A stretch of 64,000 nucleotides of DNA from Tagaea sp. (GTDB lineage: Bacteria > Pseudomonadota > Alphaproteobacteria > CACIAM-22H2), in the NCBI GenBank assembly GCA_965279525.1, contig CBDIIB010000005.1:992001-1056000 (forward strand), read 5' to 3'. The notes under the pieces were generated by a model. It made no database searches. It saw only the letters and a list, made by a program, of their open reading frames with translations, and had not been told where the DNA came from. This document shows, one piece after another, positions 1 to 11,508 of the stretch; within the stretch, counting starts at the first letter, position 1, and the number at the start of each line of letters is the position of its first letter. The position numbers were made by a program, and so were the translations under genes.

Positions 1-2407
1 ACCAATTCGCGACCTCGACGAAACGCGGCCACCAGAACGCGGCGACGGCAGGCCGCGCCATATAGGGTGCGAACAGCTTCCGGCCGATCTCGACCAGCAG
101 CGACTCCGCATCGCGCGGCAGAGCCCCGGGAAATTCGTTTGCGAACGTCTCGAGGGCCGCATGGAACAGGTTTCCGCGCTCGAGCGCATCGACGTCGGCG
201 TCGATCGGCTTCAACGGCTCGAGGCCAAGGCAGTAGCGCGCATAGATCCAATAGGGATCGCGCAGCCATTTCTCGACGCTCGTCACGTAAAGCTTGCTCG
301 GACGCGCTTCGACGGGCGGCGTCGGGTGCGGCGGAACGAGCGTCCTGCCCGCTTCGCCCGCACCGGCGATCTCCCGGTCCCAAGCGACGGCGTCGTGCGC
401 AAGCGTGGCTTGCCAGCGCGCGTCGGCGCCCAGCAGCGCTTCGAGGCGCGACAGCCAGCGCGCCGGCAAAGTCGGCGTGCCGTCGATCTTGCGCGCGCGC
501 GTCAGGATGACCTCGGGGCCGGCAAGCGCCTGCGCGAAATCGTGTGCGGCAAGTCCGATCTGGCGCTCGGGCGGCGAAAGTCCGACGCGTTCGCGCATCG
601 GGCGCGACAGCCACGGATCGTCCCGCACTTCGCCCGGCCACACGCCTTCGACGAGCCCGCCGAGCACGACGCGATCCGCACTGACGAGGCGCGCTTCGAG
701 CGTGCCGAGGATCGCCAGGCGCGGATGGCCGCCATGCGCCGGCCGGAACGGGACGCCGGCGAGCAGCGTTTCGAGGAAATCGGCGAACCGGGCCGGTTCG
801 ATGGCGCCGAACAGTGGTGCCGCCTCGCGCAGGTCGCCGACGAAGCGCGCCAGCATTTCGCCTTCAGCACGTTCCCAAAGCTTCGCGCTTCCGTCCTCGC
901 CGGTCGAAAGGCGTTCGGCTGCGCGCACATGCGCGTCGACGAGTGCTGAAAGGTCGTCGGATACGGACGCGACTGGTTCCAGTGCGGCTTCGAGCGCATC
1001 GACGAGCGCTTCAAGCCCATCGACGCCCTTGAGCGCGATCGTGGCGCGCAGGCCGGCGATTCCCGGTGCTGGCCGCGCACCGCGAAGCACCTTGCGGTCG
1101 AGCCGGCGCACGCCGGCGAGATGTGCTGCCCGTGTCTGCCCGAGCGAGACAAGCGGATGCTTGAGAAGTGCCAGGAGTGCAACGGGCGCAAGCCGCTCGT
1201 TCGCGGCGGCAGCCACAAGCCGCAGCAATGCCGCCGGCGGTGTGCGGCCGAGCGGCCGGCCCGCCGTATCGTCGATATCGATTCCCCAGCGCGCGAGCTT
1301 GGCCGCAACGCGACGTGCAAGATTGCGATCGGCGGTGACCAGCGCTGCCGTCCGGCCCGGCGTTTCCAGTGTCTCGCGCAGCAGCAGTGCGACCGCCCCG
1401 GCCTCGCCGTCGGCATCGCCGGCTTCGAGACGGGACAGCCCGGCGAAGGCCGCATCGTCGAACGGCGCGGTCGTGCGCCAGGATCCGGTCGCCGGTGCGG
1501 GCAGCATCGCACATGCGATCAGGCCCGTGCGCGGCATCGCCTTCGTTTCCGGCCAACCCTGTACATCTTCGCGCAACACTTCCATGCGGCGCAGCAGCTG
1601 GTGCAGGCCGTATTGCGGGTGGGCCGGATCGATGCCGATCGCTTCCCAGGTCGCGGCGTCGGCATCGCGATCGAGGCCGGGCAGAACGACCGCTCCTTCC
1701 GGCAGGCGCGCGATCGTCGACAGCAGGTGGGCGGTCGCCGGCACCGAACCGGTCGAGCCGGCCGCCCAGATCGGCCCCGGCGGGCGGGCGGTCCAGTGGG
1801 CGGCGAGTGCACGCACCAGCCGCACGCGGCGCGCCTGCGGGTCCATCTGGCCGCGCTCGGCAAGTATGCGCGGCCACGCTTCGCGCAGGATGTCGAGGAA
1901 CGCGAGCGTCTGCGCCCAGTGGGATGCGTAGTCCGCCGGAACGAGATCCGCGAAGGCGTCGAAGCCGACTTCCTCGATTTGCAGCGCATCGAGCAGCTCG
2001 GCGAGCGCACCGGCAAGCTTCAGGGCTGCCGCGGGCGACGGGGCGATGTCCTCGCGCGCGGCGACGAGCCGGGCCAGCAGCAGGCTGCGCGCCAGTGGAT
2101 CGATCGCCGGCGGCAGCTCGGCGTCGAGTGCGGCCGCACTTCCCGTGAGGACCAGCTCGTCTTCGTCCACGTCGCCGATGGCCGCCAGACGCGGCAGCAG
2201 CATCGGCTTTCCGTCGCCGGCCACGAGAAACGCCTCGCCCAACGCGCGCACCGCGCGCCGGTTGGGCAGCAGCACCGTCGCGCGCGCGAGTACCAGCGGA
2301 TCGTCGCCGAGGGCGGCGCGGATGCCGGCCGCGAGGGCGGCCAGGAACGGCACGCCCGGCGGGATCGAGAAGATTCGCGCGGGCCCTGCCGGCGTGCCTT
2401 GCGTCAC
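1..2407 (-). CDS. addB: Double-strand break repair protein AddB (3' end runs off the window)
   Basis: Not in the ORF track (no stop in window). Manual translation from GTG at 2407, overlapping the murU stop: MTQGTPAGPARIFSIPPGVPFLAALAAG...; the frame stays consistent to AFWWPRF at the window edge. Canonical tsaE-amgK-murU-addB order. Confidence 0.92.
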   Translation of the reverse strand, partial: MTQGTPAGPARIFSIPPGVPFLAALAAGIRAALGDDPLVLARATVLLPNRRAVRALGEAFLVAGDGKPMLLPRLAAIGDVDEDELVLTGSAAALDAELPPAIDPLARSLLLARLVAAREDIAPSPAAALKLAGALAELLDALQIEEVGFDAFADLVPADYASHWAQTLAFLDILREAWPRILAERGQMDPQARRVRLVRALAAHWTARPPGPIWAAGSTGSVPATAHLLSTIARLPEGAVVLPGLDRDADAATWEAIGIDPAHPQYGLHQLLRRMEVLREDVQGWPETKAMPRTGLIACAMLPAPATGSWRTTAPFDDAAFAGLSRLEAGDADGEAGAVALLLRETLETPGRTAALVTADRNLARRVAAKLARWGIDIDDTAGRPLGRTPPAALLRLVAAAANERLAPVALLALLKHPLVSLGQTRAAHLAGVRRLDRKVLRGARPAPGIAGLRATIALKGVDGLEALVDALEAALEPVASVSDDLSALVDAHVRAAERLSTGEDGSAKLWERAEGEMLARFVGDLREAAPLFGAIEPARFADFLETLLAGVPFRPAHGGHPRLAILGTLEARLVSADRVVLGGLVEGVWPGEVRDDPWLSRPMRERVGLSPPERQIGLAAHDFAQALAGPEVILTRARKIDGTPTLPARWLSRLEALLGADARWQATLAHDAVAWDREIAGAGEAGRTLVPPHPTPPVEARPSKLYVTSVEKWLRDPYWIYARYCLGLEPLKPIDADVDALERGNLFHAALETFANEFPGALPRDAESLLVEIGRKLFAPYMARPAVAAFWWPRFVEVANW

Positions 2408-3126
2408 GACCGCGCGCGCCGCCAGCCCAGATCGAACTCGGTCTGCGCCACGCTCTCGGGCGTGCCGACATGGAACCACAGGCCGTCGTGCGGCATGGCG
2501 CGCAGGCGGCCGTCGGCCTCCGCCGCGTCGTAGAGGAGATTGAGAGAAAAGCGCCCGGGGGCAAGGCCCGCGAAGCGGCGCGGATGCAGTATCTGCACGC
2601 CGGCATAGACGAAGGGGGCAACCTCGTTGCCCTTGCGACGGCGCGCCTTGCCGACCGGATCGACGAAATAGTCGCCCCGGCCCTCGTAGCCTTGCGCCGT
2701 CGCCGCCGACTGCGTCAGCAGCAGCACGTCGCTGTTCGCCTCGTTCCAGATGCGCGCGAGACGCTTGAGAGCGGGCGTGGGTCCGTCGAACCACAGGACG
2801 TCGGCATTGGCACAGTAGAATGGCCGCTCGCCGATCAGCTTCAGCGCGTTGAGCACGCCCCCGCCGGTCTCGAGCAACTCGGCTTCCGGTGACAGCACGA
2901 TCTCGACGTCGGTGCGTGCCTTGAGGTGCGCTTCCAGCGTCGAGCGATGATGGTGGATGTTGACGATCACGCGTTTGACGCCGGCCTCGATCATCCGGTC
3001 GATGACGCGGTCGATCAGCGTACGCCCCGCGACCGGCACCAGGGGCTTGGGCAGCGTGTCGGTCAGCGGGCGCATGCGTTTGCCGAGGCCGGCTGCCAGC
3101 ACCATCGCGGTCTCGATCGGCTTCAT
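2404..3126 (-). CDS. murU: Nucleotidyltransferase (MurNAc-1-P uridylyltransferase MurU-like)
   Basis: MKPIETAMVLAAGLGKRMRPLTDTLPKPL NTP-transferase signature; ATG overlaps the amgK stop. Confidence 0.88.
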   Translation of the reverse strand: MKPIETAMVLAAGLGKRMRPLTDTLPKPLVPVAGRTLIDRVIDRMIEAGVKRVIVNIHHHRSTLEAHLKARTDVEIVLSPEAELLETGGGVLNALKLIGERPFYCANADVLWFDGPTPALKRLARIWNEANSDVLLLTQSAATAQGYEGRGDYFVDPVGKARRRKGNEVAPFVYAGVQILHPRRFAGLAPGRFSLNLLYDAAEADGRLRAMPHDGLWFHVGTPESVAQTEFDLGWRRARS

Positions 3127-4130
3127 GGCACTTCCTCGAAAGCCGGGGCGATCCGCCATGCGGCCGGCACGTTGTCGTCGAACCAGTCGCGCAGCCCGGC
3201 CAGGGCCGGATGGGCAAGATTGCCTTCCAGCAGGCGCCAGACGCGCGGGATGTGTTTGAGATACTGCGGCTTGCCGTCGCGGCGCGCCAGCCGGACGAAG
3301 ATGCCGACGATTTTGGCGTTGCGCTGTGCCGCCATCACGGTCATCGCCGTGGCGAAGGCCTCGCGCGGCAGTTCGGGGAACGCGTCGAGATAGCGGGCAA
3401 TGCAGGCCCCTGCGACCGCCGGATCGACGTCGCGGCGCGCGTCCTCGACGAGGCTTGCCAGATCGTAGGCGCGCGGGCCGATCAGCGCGTCCTGGAAATC
3501 GAGCAGGCCGCAGCCGGCAATCCCCGTGCGGTCGGGCAGGCGCACGAGATTGTCGACATGATAGTCGCGCAGCACGAGGCCGGGCGCACCCACGCGCGCC
3601 AGCGGATAGACGCCGCGCCACGCCGCAAGATAGGCGCGCACGTCGCCGTCCGCCACGGGCGCCCCGCGCCAGGCCGGCAGGAACCAGTCGACGAGCAGGC
3701 TCGCCTCGCGGTCGAGTACCGCGTCGTCATAGGCGGGCACGTCGACCTTGGTCTGGGCCGGATGGCGATGCAGCGCCACCAACGTATCGACGGCAAGCGA
3801 ATAGAGCCCGCCTTCGTCCGCACCGCCGGCAAGGGCGCGCGTGAAGGTCTCGTCGCCGAAATCCTCGAGCAGCAGGAAACCCGCGTGCGTGTCCTTGGCC
3901 AGGATGCGCGGTGCTGAAAGGCCCAGTGCTGCCAGATGGGCGGCGATCGCCGCAAACGGCCGCACGTCTTCGCGCGGCGGTGGCGCGTCCATCAGCACCG
4001 CGCGGCGCTTGCCGTCGCTCAGGCGGAAATAGTGGCGGAAGCTCGCGTCGCCCGCGAGCGGCACCGGGTCGATGCCGGTCCAACCGTACGAATCGAGGAA
4101 AAGCCGGGATGCGGCGCGCGCCTCAAACAT
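3123..4130 (-). CDS. amgK: Aminoglycoside phosphotransferase-family anomeric MurNAc/GlcNAc kinase (AmgK-like)
   Basis: LAGDASFRHYFRL, LRDYHVDNL and LLDFQDA motifs; lies between tsaE and murU. Confidence 0.88.
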   Translation of the reverse strand: MFEARAASRLFLDSYGWTGIDPVPLAGDASFRHYFRLSDGKRRAVLMDAPPPREDVRPFAAIAAHLAALGLSAPRILAKDTHAGFLLLEDFGDETFTRALAGGADEGGLYSLAVDTLVALHRHPAQTKVDVPAYDDAVLDREASLLVDWFLPAWRGAPVADGDVRAYLAAWRGVYPLARVGAPGLVLRDYHVDNLVRLPDRTGIAGCGLLDFQDALIGPRAYDLASLVEDARRDVDPAVAGACIARYLDAFPELPREAFATAMTVMAAQRNAKIVGIFVRLARRDGKPQYLKHIPRVWRLLEGNLAHPALAGLRDWFDDNVPAAWRIAPAFEEVP

Positions 4131-4599
4131 CCGCGCTCTCCAGCCGGGCCGCCCAGCTGCCGTGCCCTTCGAGACGGGCCTCGCGTGCCGATGGCGTGGC
4201 GCCGGACGACAGCTTCACGTCGAGCCGGTCGGCCGGGAGGATGTCGCCCAGACGGACCGGCCATTCGACCAGCACGATCGCGTCGGCAATCGCTTCCTCC
4301 CAGCCGAGTTCCCAGACGTCCTCCGGCGTGCCGAGCCGGTAGAGATCGAAATGCCAGACCGGCCCGCCCGGCAGGTCGTAGGTCTGCACGAGCGTGAAAG
4401 TCGGGCTCGGTACCTCGGTCGGCGTCCCGGCCCGGGCGGTCACGAAAGCGCGCGCGAAGCTGGTCTTGCCCATGCCCAGATCGCCCCACAGCGCCAGCAC
4501 GTCGCTTTTGCGTGCGACGGCAGCCAGCCGCCCGGCAAGGGCGGCGGTCGCGTCCTCGTCGGCAAGCGGGCGGTTGCGAATCGACAGGGGTGTCGCCAT
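4123..4599 (-). CDS. tsaE: tRNA threonylcarbamoyladenosine biosynthesis ATPase TsaE
   Basis: GDLGMGKT P-loop, VPSPTFTLVQTY, HFDLYRL, LVEWP. Confidence 0.95.
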   Translation of the reverse strand: MATPLSIRNRPLADEDATAALAGRLAAVARKSDVLALWGDLGMGKTSFARAFVTARAGTPTEVPSPTFTLVQTYDLPGGPVWHFDLYRLGTPEDVWELGWEEAIADAIVLVEWPVRLGDILPADRLDVKLSSGATPSAREARLEGHGSWAARLESADV

Positions 4600-4696
4600 G
4601 CCCCCGTTCTACAGGGGCCGAAATGCATTGAAAACCCGCCCGAGGCCGCTATCAATTGCCTTTTCCCCAAGCCGGTCCCGGAGCCTGCCCCCGTCC

Positions 4697-5710
4697 ATGT
4701 CCGAAACCCACACAACCGACGTCGCGATCATCGGAGCAGGCCCCGTAGGCCTGTTCGCCGTCTTCGAATGCGGCATGCTCAAGATGCGCTGCCACGTGAT
4801 CGACGCGCTGGAAATGGCCGGCGGGCAGTGTGCCGCCCTCTATCCGGAGAAGCCGATCTACGACATTCCCGGCTATCCCAAGGTGGGCGCGCTCGAGTTG
4901 ATCGAGAACCTGCAAGCCCAGGCCGCCCCGTTCGCACCCGCGTACCATCTCGGTCAACGGGTCGAGAAACTGGTCCGCGACGGCGAATACTGGCAGCTCG
5001 AATCCGCCTCGGGCACGAAGATCCGCGCCAAGGCCGTCATCCTTGCCGCAGGCGTGGGCGCCTTTGGCCCCAACAAGCCGCCGCTCGCCCGCATCGACGA
5101 ATTCGAGAACCGGGGCGTCCATTATTTCGTCCAGCGGCGCGAAGAGTTCCGCGGCAAGCGCGTGGCCATCGCCGGGGGCGGCGATTCCGCCCTCGACTGG
5201 ACGCTGTCGCTTGCCGACGTCGCAGCGCGCGTGATGGTCATCCACCGGCGCGACAAGTTCCGCGGCGCGCCCGACACGGTCGACAAGGTGATGGCGCTCG
5301 CCAAGGCCGGCAAGATCGATCTGGTCACCCCCTACCAGCTCGAAGGGCTGGAGGGCGAGCCGGGCGCTCTCACGCATGTCGTGCTCAAGGATCTCGACGG
5401 CAACATCCGCAAGCTCGAAGCCGATGCACTTCTGGCCTTCTTCGGGCTGGCGATGAATCTGGGGCCGATCGCCACATGGGGCCTCGACCTTGTAAAGGGT
5501 AACATCTCGGTCGAACCGTCGACCTGTGAGACCTCGTCGCCCGGCATCTTCGCCATCGGCGACATCGCGCAGTATCCGGGCAAGCTCAAGCTGATCCTGC
5601 AGGGCTTCGCCGAGGCCGCGATGGCGGCACACGCCTGCCACAAGCTCGTGCATCCGGGCGAAGTGCTGCATTTCGAGTATTCGACGACCAAGGGCGTGCC
5701 CGCCGCCTGA
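4697..5710 (+). CDS. Thioredoxin reductase-like ferredoxin--NADP+ reductase (NAD(P)/FAD oxidoreductase)
   Basis: IIGAGPVG, GGQCAALYPEKPIYDIPG, GGGDSALDW, GDIAQYPGKLKLILQGF; no CxxC motif. Confidence 0.88.
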   Translation: MSETHTTDVAIIGAGPVGLFAVFECGMLKMRCHVIDALEMAGGQCAALYPEKPIYDIPGYPKVGALELIENLQAQAAPFAPAYHLGQRVEKLVRDGEYWQLESASGTKIRAKAVILAAGVGAFGPNKPPLARIDEFENRGVHYFVQRREEFRGKRVAIAGGGDSALDWTLSLADVAARVMVIHRRDKFRGAPDTVDKVMALAKAGKIDLVTPYQLEGLEGEPGALTHVVLKDLDGNIRKLEADALLAFFGLAMNLGPIATWGLDLVKGNISVEPSTCETSSPGIFAIGDIAQYPGKLKLILQGFAEAAMAAHACHKLVHPGEVLHFEYSTTKGVPAA

Positions 5711-5714
5711 AGCG

Positions 5715-7751
5715 TCAGTCGTCCGCCGCGACCGCGCGTTCGCCCGGTACCCACAGCGGCAGCCGGCACGTGACGGTCGTGCCTTCGCCGGGCACGGACA
5801 CGAGATCGATCGTGCCGCCGTGCAGCTCGACGATGCGCTTGACCAGCGACAGGCCGAGCCCCGCCCCCATGCGCCGCGCGTCGGGGGCCGCACCGCGCTC
5901 GAATTCCTTGAACACGCGCGCCTGGTCGGCGATCGGGATGCCAACGCCATTGTCGGCGACCTCGAGCGAGACCATGCGCTCGTCCGCATGCGCCGAAAGC
6001 CGCACCACCCCGCCGGGCGGCGTGAACTTGAGCGCGTTGGAGACGAGATTGCACATCGCCTGCTTCAGGCGCCGCTCGTCGCCACGCAAGCGCGGAACCC
6101 GGGCGCGCACCACGTCGAGCTTCAGTTCGCGCTCGCGCGCGAGATCGCCCATGATCTGGGCGGCGTCGGCCAGCATCTCGACCGGATCGACGGCGGCCAG
6201 TTCCAGCGTCATGCGGCCCGCGTCGATCGAGGCGAGATCGAGGATGTCGTTGATGATCGCCAGCAGACGTTCCGACGCGGTCAGGATGTCGGCACAGTAT
6301 TCGCCCTGGCGCTTGTTGAGATCGCCGAAATACTGCTTCGACAGCAGCTCGGCGAACCCGATGATCGTGTTGAGCGGCGTGCGCAGCTCGTAGGACACGG
6401 TCGAAATGAACTCGGATTTGAGCCGGTCGGCGGCTTCCAGCGCTTCGGCGCGCTCGCGCAGCGCCTGCTCGACACGCACCTTGTCGGTCACGTCCACGTA
6501 GGAAAGCTGCGTGGCGCCGTCGGGCAGCGGAACGAGCGCGTAGTCGAGCACGCGCCCGTCGGTGCGCTCGATGCGCGCATTGGCGGCATCGCGCGAGGTC
6601 AGGTTCTCGACGAGGCGCTCCTTCAGCGACGACCAGTCGATGTCGGCAGGATAGAAGGCGCGCATGCGCTCGACGACGTCGGCGATATGCGGCTCGGCGA
6701 TCAGGGCGGCGTCGGGGATGTCCCAGATGCGCGCGAAAGCCGGATTGTGGAGCTTGAGCCGCCCGTCCGAACCGAACACCGCCACGCCTTCGTAGAGATT
6801 GTCGAGCGTGGCCCGCTGGACCGCGATCAGCGTGTTGTACGAGCGCTCGAGCACGAGACGGTCGGTCACGTCCTCGAACGCGAACAGCAGCCCGCCCAGC
6901 GGGTGTGGCATACAGCGCTCGCGCAGCGTCGTGCCGTCGGGCAGGTACATCAGCTCGTCGAACGATTCGAAAATCGTGTCGAACAGCTTGAGCCGCTGGC
7001 GCTTGAACATGCGGAAGTCGGCGACCTCCGGCAGGCGCCGGCGCTCGCGCAGGTTCTCGAGGATTTCGCCGTATTCCGGCTCACCGGACAGCCACGCCTC
7101 GTCGGCGCGCCACAGGCGCGCATAGGCGCTGTTGAAGTATTTGAGCCGCTTGTCGGCGCCGAAGATGCCGATGGCGACGGGCATCGTCTCGAGGACCGCG
7201 CCCTGTGCGGCGATATGGCGGGCAAGCTCGATGCCCGCATCTTCCCGCTCTGTCTGGTCGACGGCCATGCCGACCGTGCCGCCGTCGGGCAATGGCGCTT
7301 CGACGAACTCGTAGAGGCGCCGGGCACCCGACACGACGATGTGCTCGGCCTCGCTCTGTGCCGTGCGCGCGGCAAGCGCAAGGCGCGCCAGTGCTGCAAG
7401 CCGGCGCGACAGGGCGGGCCCGCCGATGCCGTCGCTGCCGGCCAGCAGTTTCTCGCGCTCGACGTCGGCCGCCAGCGCATAGGCCGAATTGCACCACACG
7501 AGCCGCTGCTCGCCGTCGCGCCGCCACAGCGGGAGGGGAAGCGCGTCGAGGGCCGCCTCGATCCGTCTTGCCGTGTCTTCGGCCGCTTCGCGCTCGGCGC
7601 GCAGAAGATTGGTGCGCACGGAAAGCTCGTTGCGGGAAATCTCGGCCGCACGGGCACGTGCGGTCTCGGCGCGCAGACGCTGCAGCAGGAAAAGGCATCC
7701 CGCCCCGCCCAGCCCCAGCCCCGTCGCCAGTCCCGTCAGAAGTTCGTTCAC
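5715..7751 (-). CDS. divL: PAS-domain pseudo-histidine kinase DivL-like
   Basis: N-terminal TM segment, several PAS folds, H-box VSYELRTPL with Tyr in place of His, HATPase boxes; sits downstream of ahcY. Confidence 0.85.
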   Translation of the reverse strand: MNELLTGLATGLGLGGAGCLFLLQRLRAETARARAAEISRNELSVRTNLLRAEREAAEDTARRIEAALDALPLPLWRRDGEQRLVWCNSAYALAADVEREKLLAGSDGIGGPALSRRLAALARLALAARTAQSEAEHIVVSGARRLYEFVEAPLPDGGTVGMAVDQTEREDAGIELARHIAAQGAVLETMPVAIGIFGADKRLKYFNSAYARLWRADEAWLSGEPEYGEILENLRERRRLPEVADFRMFKRQRLKLFDTIFESFDELMYLPDGTTLRERCMPHPLGGLLFAFEDVTDRLVLERSYNTLIAVQRATLDNLYEGVAVFGSDGRLKLHNPAFARIWDIPDAALIAEPHIADVVERMRAFYPADIDWSSLKERLVENLTSRDAANARIERTDGRVLDYALVPLPDGATQLSYVDVTDKVRVEQALRERAEALEAADRLKSEFISTVSYELRTPLNTIIGFAELLSKQYFGDLNKRQGEYCADILTASERLLAIINDILDLASIDAGRMTLELAAVDPVEMLADAAQIMGDLARERELKLDVVRARVPRLRGDERRLKQAMCNLVSNALKFTPPGGVVRLSAHADERMVSLEVADNGVGIPIADQARVFKEFERGAAPDARRMGAGLGLSLVKRIVELHGGTIDLVSVPGEGTTVTCRLPLWVPGERAVAADD

Positions 7752-7796
7752 GCCGCCATCCTAGACGAAGGCCGCGAGTCGGAGCGAGGGGGACGC

Positions 7797-7835
7797 AAAA
7801 CGGCAACGGCCGGAGCCCTTGCGGGCCCCGGCCGT
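7797..7835 (-). terminator. Intrinsic terminator-like hairpin after ahcY
   Basis: Minus strand ACGGCCGGGGCCC-GCAA-GGGCTCCGGCCGT followed by TGCCGTTTT. Confidence 0.6.
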
Positions 7836-7864
7836 GACTTCCCGCCCCTGAAGGGCGATATCGT

Positions 7865-9262
<1,398 letters not shown>

Positions 9263-9400
9263 GGGAATGGAGGCTCCGGAAGAAAGAGGGCGCCGTTCAA
9301 CGGGCGGATTCGCTGGAAAATTCCGAGGGCGCCTTATACCGGCCCCGGCGCACCCCCTCAATCGGTTTCGGGGATGTCGCCTAAGCCACTGAAAACGCGT

Positions 9401-11215
9401 CTATTCCTTGGCGCGGACGAGGCTTTCGTTGAATTCGTCGACGAGGCTGGCGATGGCCTTCGTGTCCCACTGCTCCATGACCACGCGCGCACGTGCGGTC
9501 GCACTCTGGACGTCGAGGTTGCGCACCCGGTTCTTGACGCGCGGAATCTTGATCGGCGACATCGAGAATTCGCGGATGCCGAGGCCGGCCAGCAGGGCCG
9601 TATAGCGCGGATCGCCGGCGATCTCTCCGCAGATCGACACCGGGATGCGGTTGCGCAGGGCCGCCTCCGCCGTGAACTGGATCAGGCGGAGCACGGCCGG
9701 ATGGAGCGGGTTGTAGAGATGCGCCACCTGCTCGTCGCCACGGTCGATGGCGAGGGCGTACATCGTCAGGTCGTTGGTACCCAGTGCCAGGAAATCGCAC
9801 ACCCGCGCCAGCGCGTCGGCGGCAAGGGCGGCAGCGGGAATCTCGATCATGGCGCCCAGCGGAGGCAGCGGATCGGCGATGGCGATCCCCTTGCGTACGA
9901 GCCGGCGCGCGGCCTTGCCGACGGCATCGCGCACCTGCTTCATCTCGTCGACCGTGGCGACCATGGGCACGAGGATGCGCAGCGGCCCATGCGCGCCCGC
10001 ACGAAGGATCGCGGCAAGTTGCGCATCGAGCAGCTCGGGGCGCGCAAGCGACAGGCGGATCGCGCGCAGGCCGAGGGCGGGGTTGGGTCCGGGCGAAAGG
10101 TCGCCAAGTGCGGAAGCCAGCTTCTCGCCGCCCACATCCAGCGTGCGCACGGTCACGACACGTCCGGCCATGCCCTTCACGATCTCGGCGAGCTGCTGGT
10201 ACTGCTCCTCCTCGTCGGGCACGTCGTTGCGGTTCATAAACAGGAATTCGCTGCGCAGCAGGCCGATCGACGCGGCACCCGCCGCCAGCGCCTGCTCGAC
10301 TTCGCGCGGCAACTCGAGATTGGCCCCGAGCGCGAACTCAATCCCGTCCTTGCTGACGGACGGCAGCTTGGAAAGTCGTGCAAGCTGGCGCTCTTCCTTG
10401 GCGTATTCGAGGCGGCGCTTCTCGTAGCGTTCGAGCGTGGCCGCCGTCGGCCGCGCAATGACCTTGCCTTCGTTGCCGTCGATGATGATCGTGTCGCCGG
10501 TCCGCACCGCACCCACGAGGTCGGCCACGCCGAGCACGGCCGGCAGGCCCAGAGCGCGCGCCATGATCGCGGTGTGGCCTTCCGCACCGCCGATGACAGT
10601 CGCGAAGCCGCCGACGATGGCGGGGTCCATCACGGCCGTATCGGCGGGCGTGATCTCCTCGGCGACGACGATGGCACCTTCCGGCAGGTTCTTGAAGGCG
10701 CCCCACGGCGTCTGCGTGAGGTTGCGCACGAGACGCGCACCCACTTCGCGCACGTCCTGCACGCGCTGGGCGAGGTAGGAATCCTCCATCGCCTCGAAGG
10801 CTTCCGCGATCGCCTCGGCCTCGGCGCGCACGGCGGTTTCGGCCGTGGCGAGATTCTCCACGATGCGCTTTTCCACGCCGCGCACGAGGCGCGACTGGGA
10901 GAGCATCTGCACGTGCGCGTCGAGCAGATAGCCGAGTTCCTCGGCCGCGGCCGGCGGCAGGCCGGCGGTCTTCTGCTTGAGCTTGGAAAGCTGCTTCTTG
11001 CTGGCTTCGACCGCCGCACGGAAGCGGTTGCGTTCGCCCTCGGCCTGGTCGGGTGCGATGGCGCACTCCGCGAAGGCGGGCAGTTCGATGCCGTGGACAT
11101 GGGCAGGGCCGATCGCCACGCCGGGCGCCACGCCCAGACCCTGGAACACGGTCTGGCCGTCGCCGCCGGGACGCCGGCTGCGGGGCTTCGCCGCCTTGGG
11201 ATTGCGCAGCGTCAT
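9401..11215 (-). CDS. ptsI: PEP-protein phosphotransferase (PTS enzyme I, no GAF domain)
   Basis: GHTAIMAR phospho-His motif, IGLLRSEFLFM, NPALGLRAIR, GTNDLTMY, SICGEIAGD; ATG overlaps the HPr stop. Confidence 0.92.
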   Translation of the reverse strand: MTLRNPKAAKPRSRRPGGDGQTVFQGLGVAPGVAIGPAHVHGIELPAFAECAIAPDQAEGERNRFRAAVEASKKQLSKLKQKTAGLPPAAAEELGYLLDAHVQMLSQSRLVRGVEKRIVENLATAETAVRAEAEAIAEAFEAMEDSYLAQRVQDVREVGARLVRNLTQTPWGAFKNLPEGAIVVAEEITPADTAVMDPAIVGGFATVIGGAEGHTAIMARALGLPAVLGVADLVGAVRTGDTIIIDGNEGKVIARPTAATLERYEKRRLEYAKEERQLARLSKLPSVSKDGIEFALGANLELPREVEQALAAGAASIGLLRSEFLFMNRNDVPDEEEQYQQLAEIVKGMAGRVVTVRTLDVGGEKLASALGDLSPGPNPALGLRAIRLSLARPELLDAQLAAILRAGAHGPLRILVPMVATVDEMKQVRDAVGKAARRLVRKGIAIADPLPPLGAMIEIPAAALAADALARVCDFLALGTNDLTMYALAIDRGDEQVAHLYNPLHPAVLRLIQFTAEAALRNRIPVSICGEIAGDPRYTALLAGLGIREFSMSPIKIPRVKNRVRNLDVQSATARARVVMEQWDTKAIASLVDEFNESLVRAKE

Positions 11216-11508
11216 TCCTCGTCGAACCTCGCCGCGATCAGCGCCGCGATCGCGTCGACGGCTTCGCGCGCGTCCGGACCTTCGGCACGCACCTCGACCG
11301 TGCAGCCGGGTGCCGCCGCCAGCATCATCAGCCCCATGATCGAAAGCCCCGAGACGGTCGTGCCGCCCTTGGTGACATGCGTGGATGAGGCGAACTGGCC
11401 GGCGAGCTTGACGAACTTGGCCGCGGCGCGCGCGTGCAGGCCGCGCTTGTTCAGGATCTCGCAGTCCCGCGTGACGACGAGGCCGCCGGGTGCGGCCGCA
11501 TCGTTCAT
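11212..11508 (-). CDS. ptsH: HPr-family phosphocarrier
   Basis: NKRGLHARAAAK (His15 motif) and SIMGLMML (Ser46 motif). Confidence 0.93.
   Translation of the reverse strand: MNDAAAPGGLVVTRDCEILNKRGLHARAAAKFVKLAGQFASSTHVTKGGTTVSGLSIMGLMMLAAAPGCTVEVRAEGPDAREAVDAIAALIAARFDEE

Noticed and set aside
9263-9400. Possible SAH riboswitch upstream of ahcY (AACGGCGCCC on the minus strand)
   Set aside because: I could not find the matching 5' GAGGAGCG-like strand or P1 helix; an Infernal search would be needed
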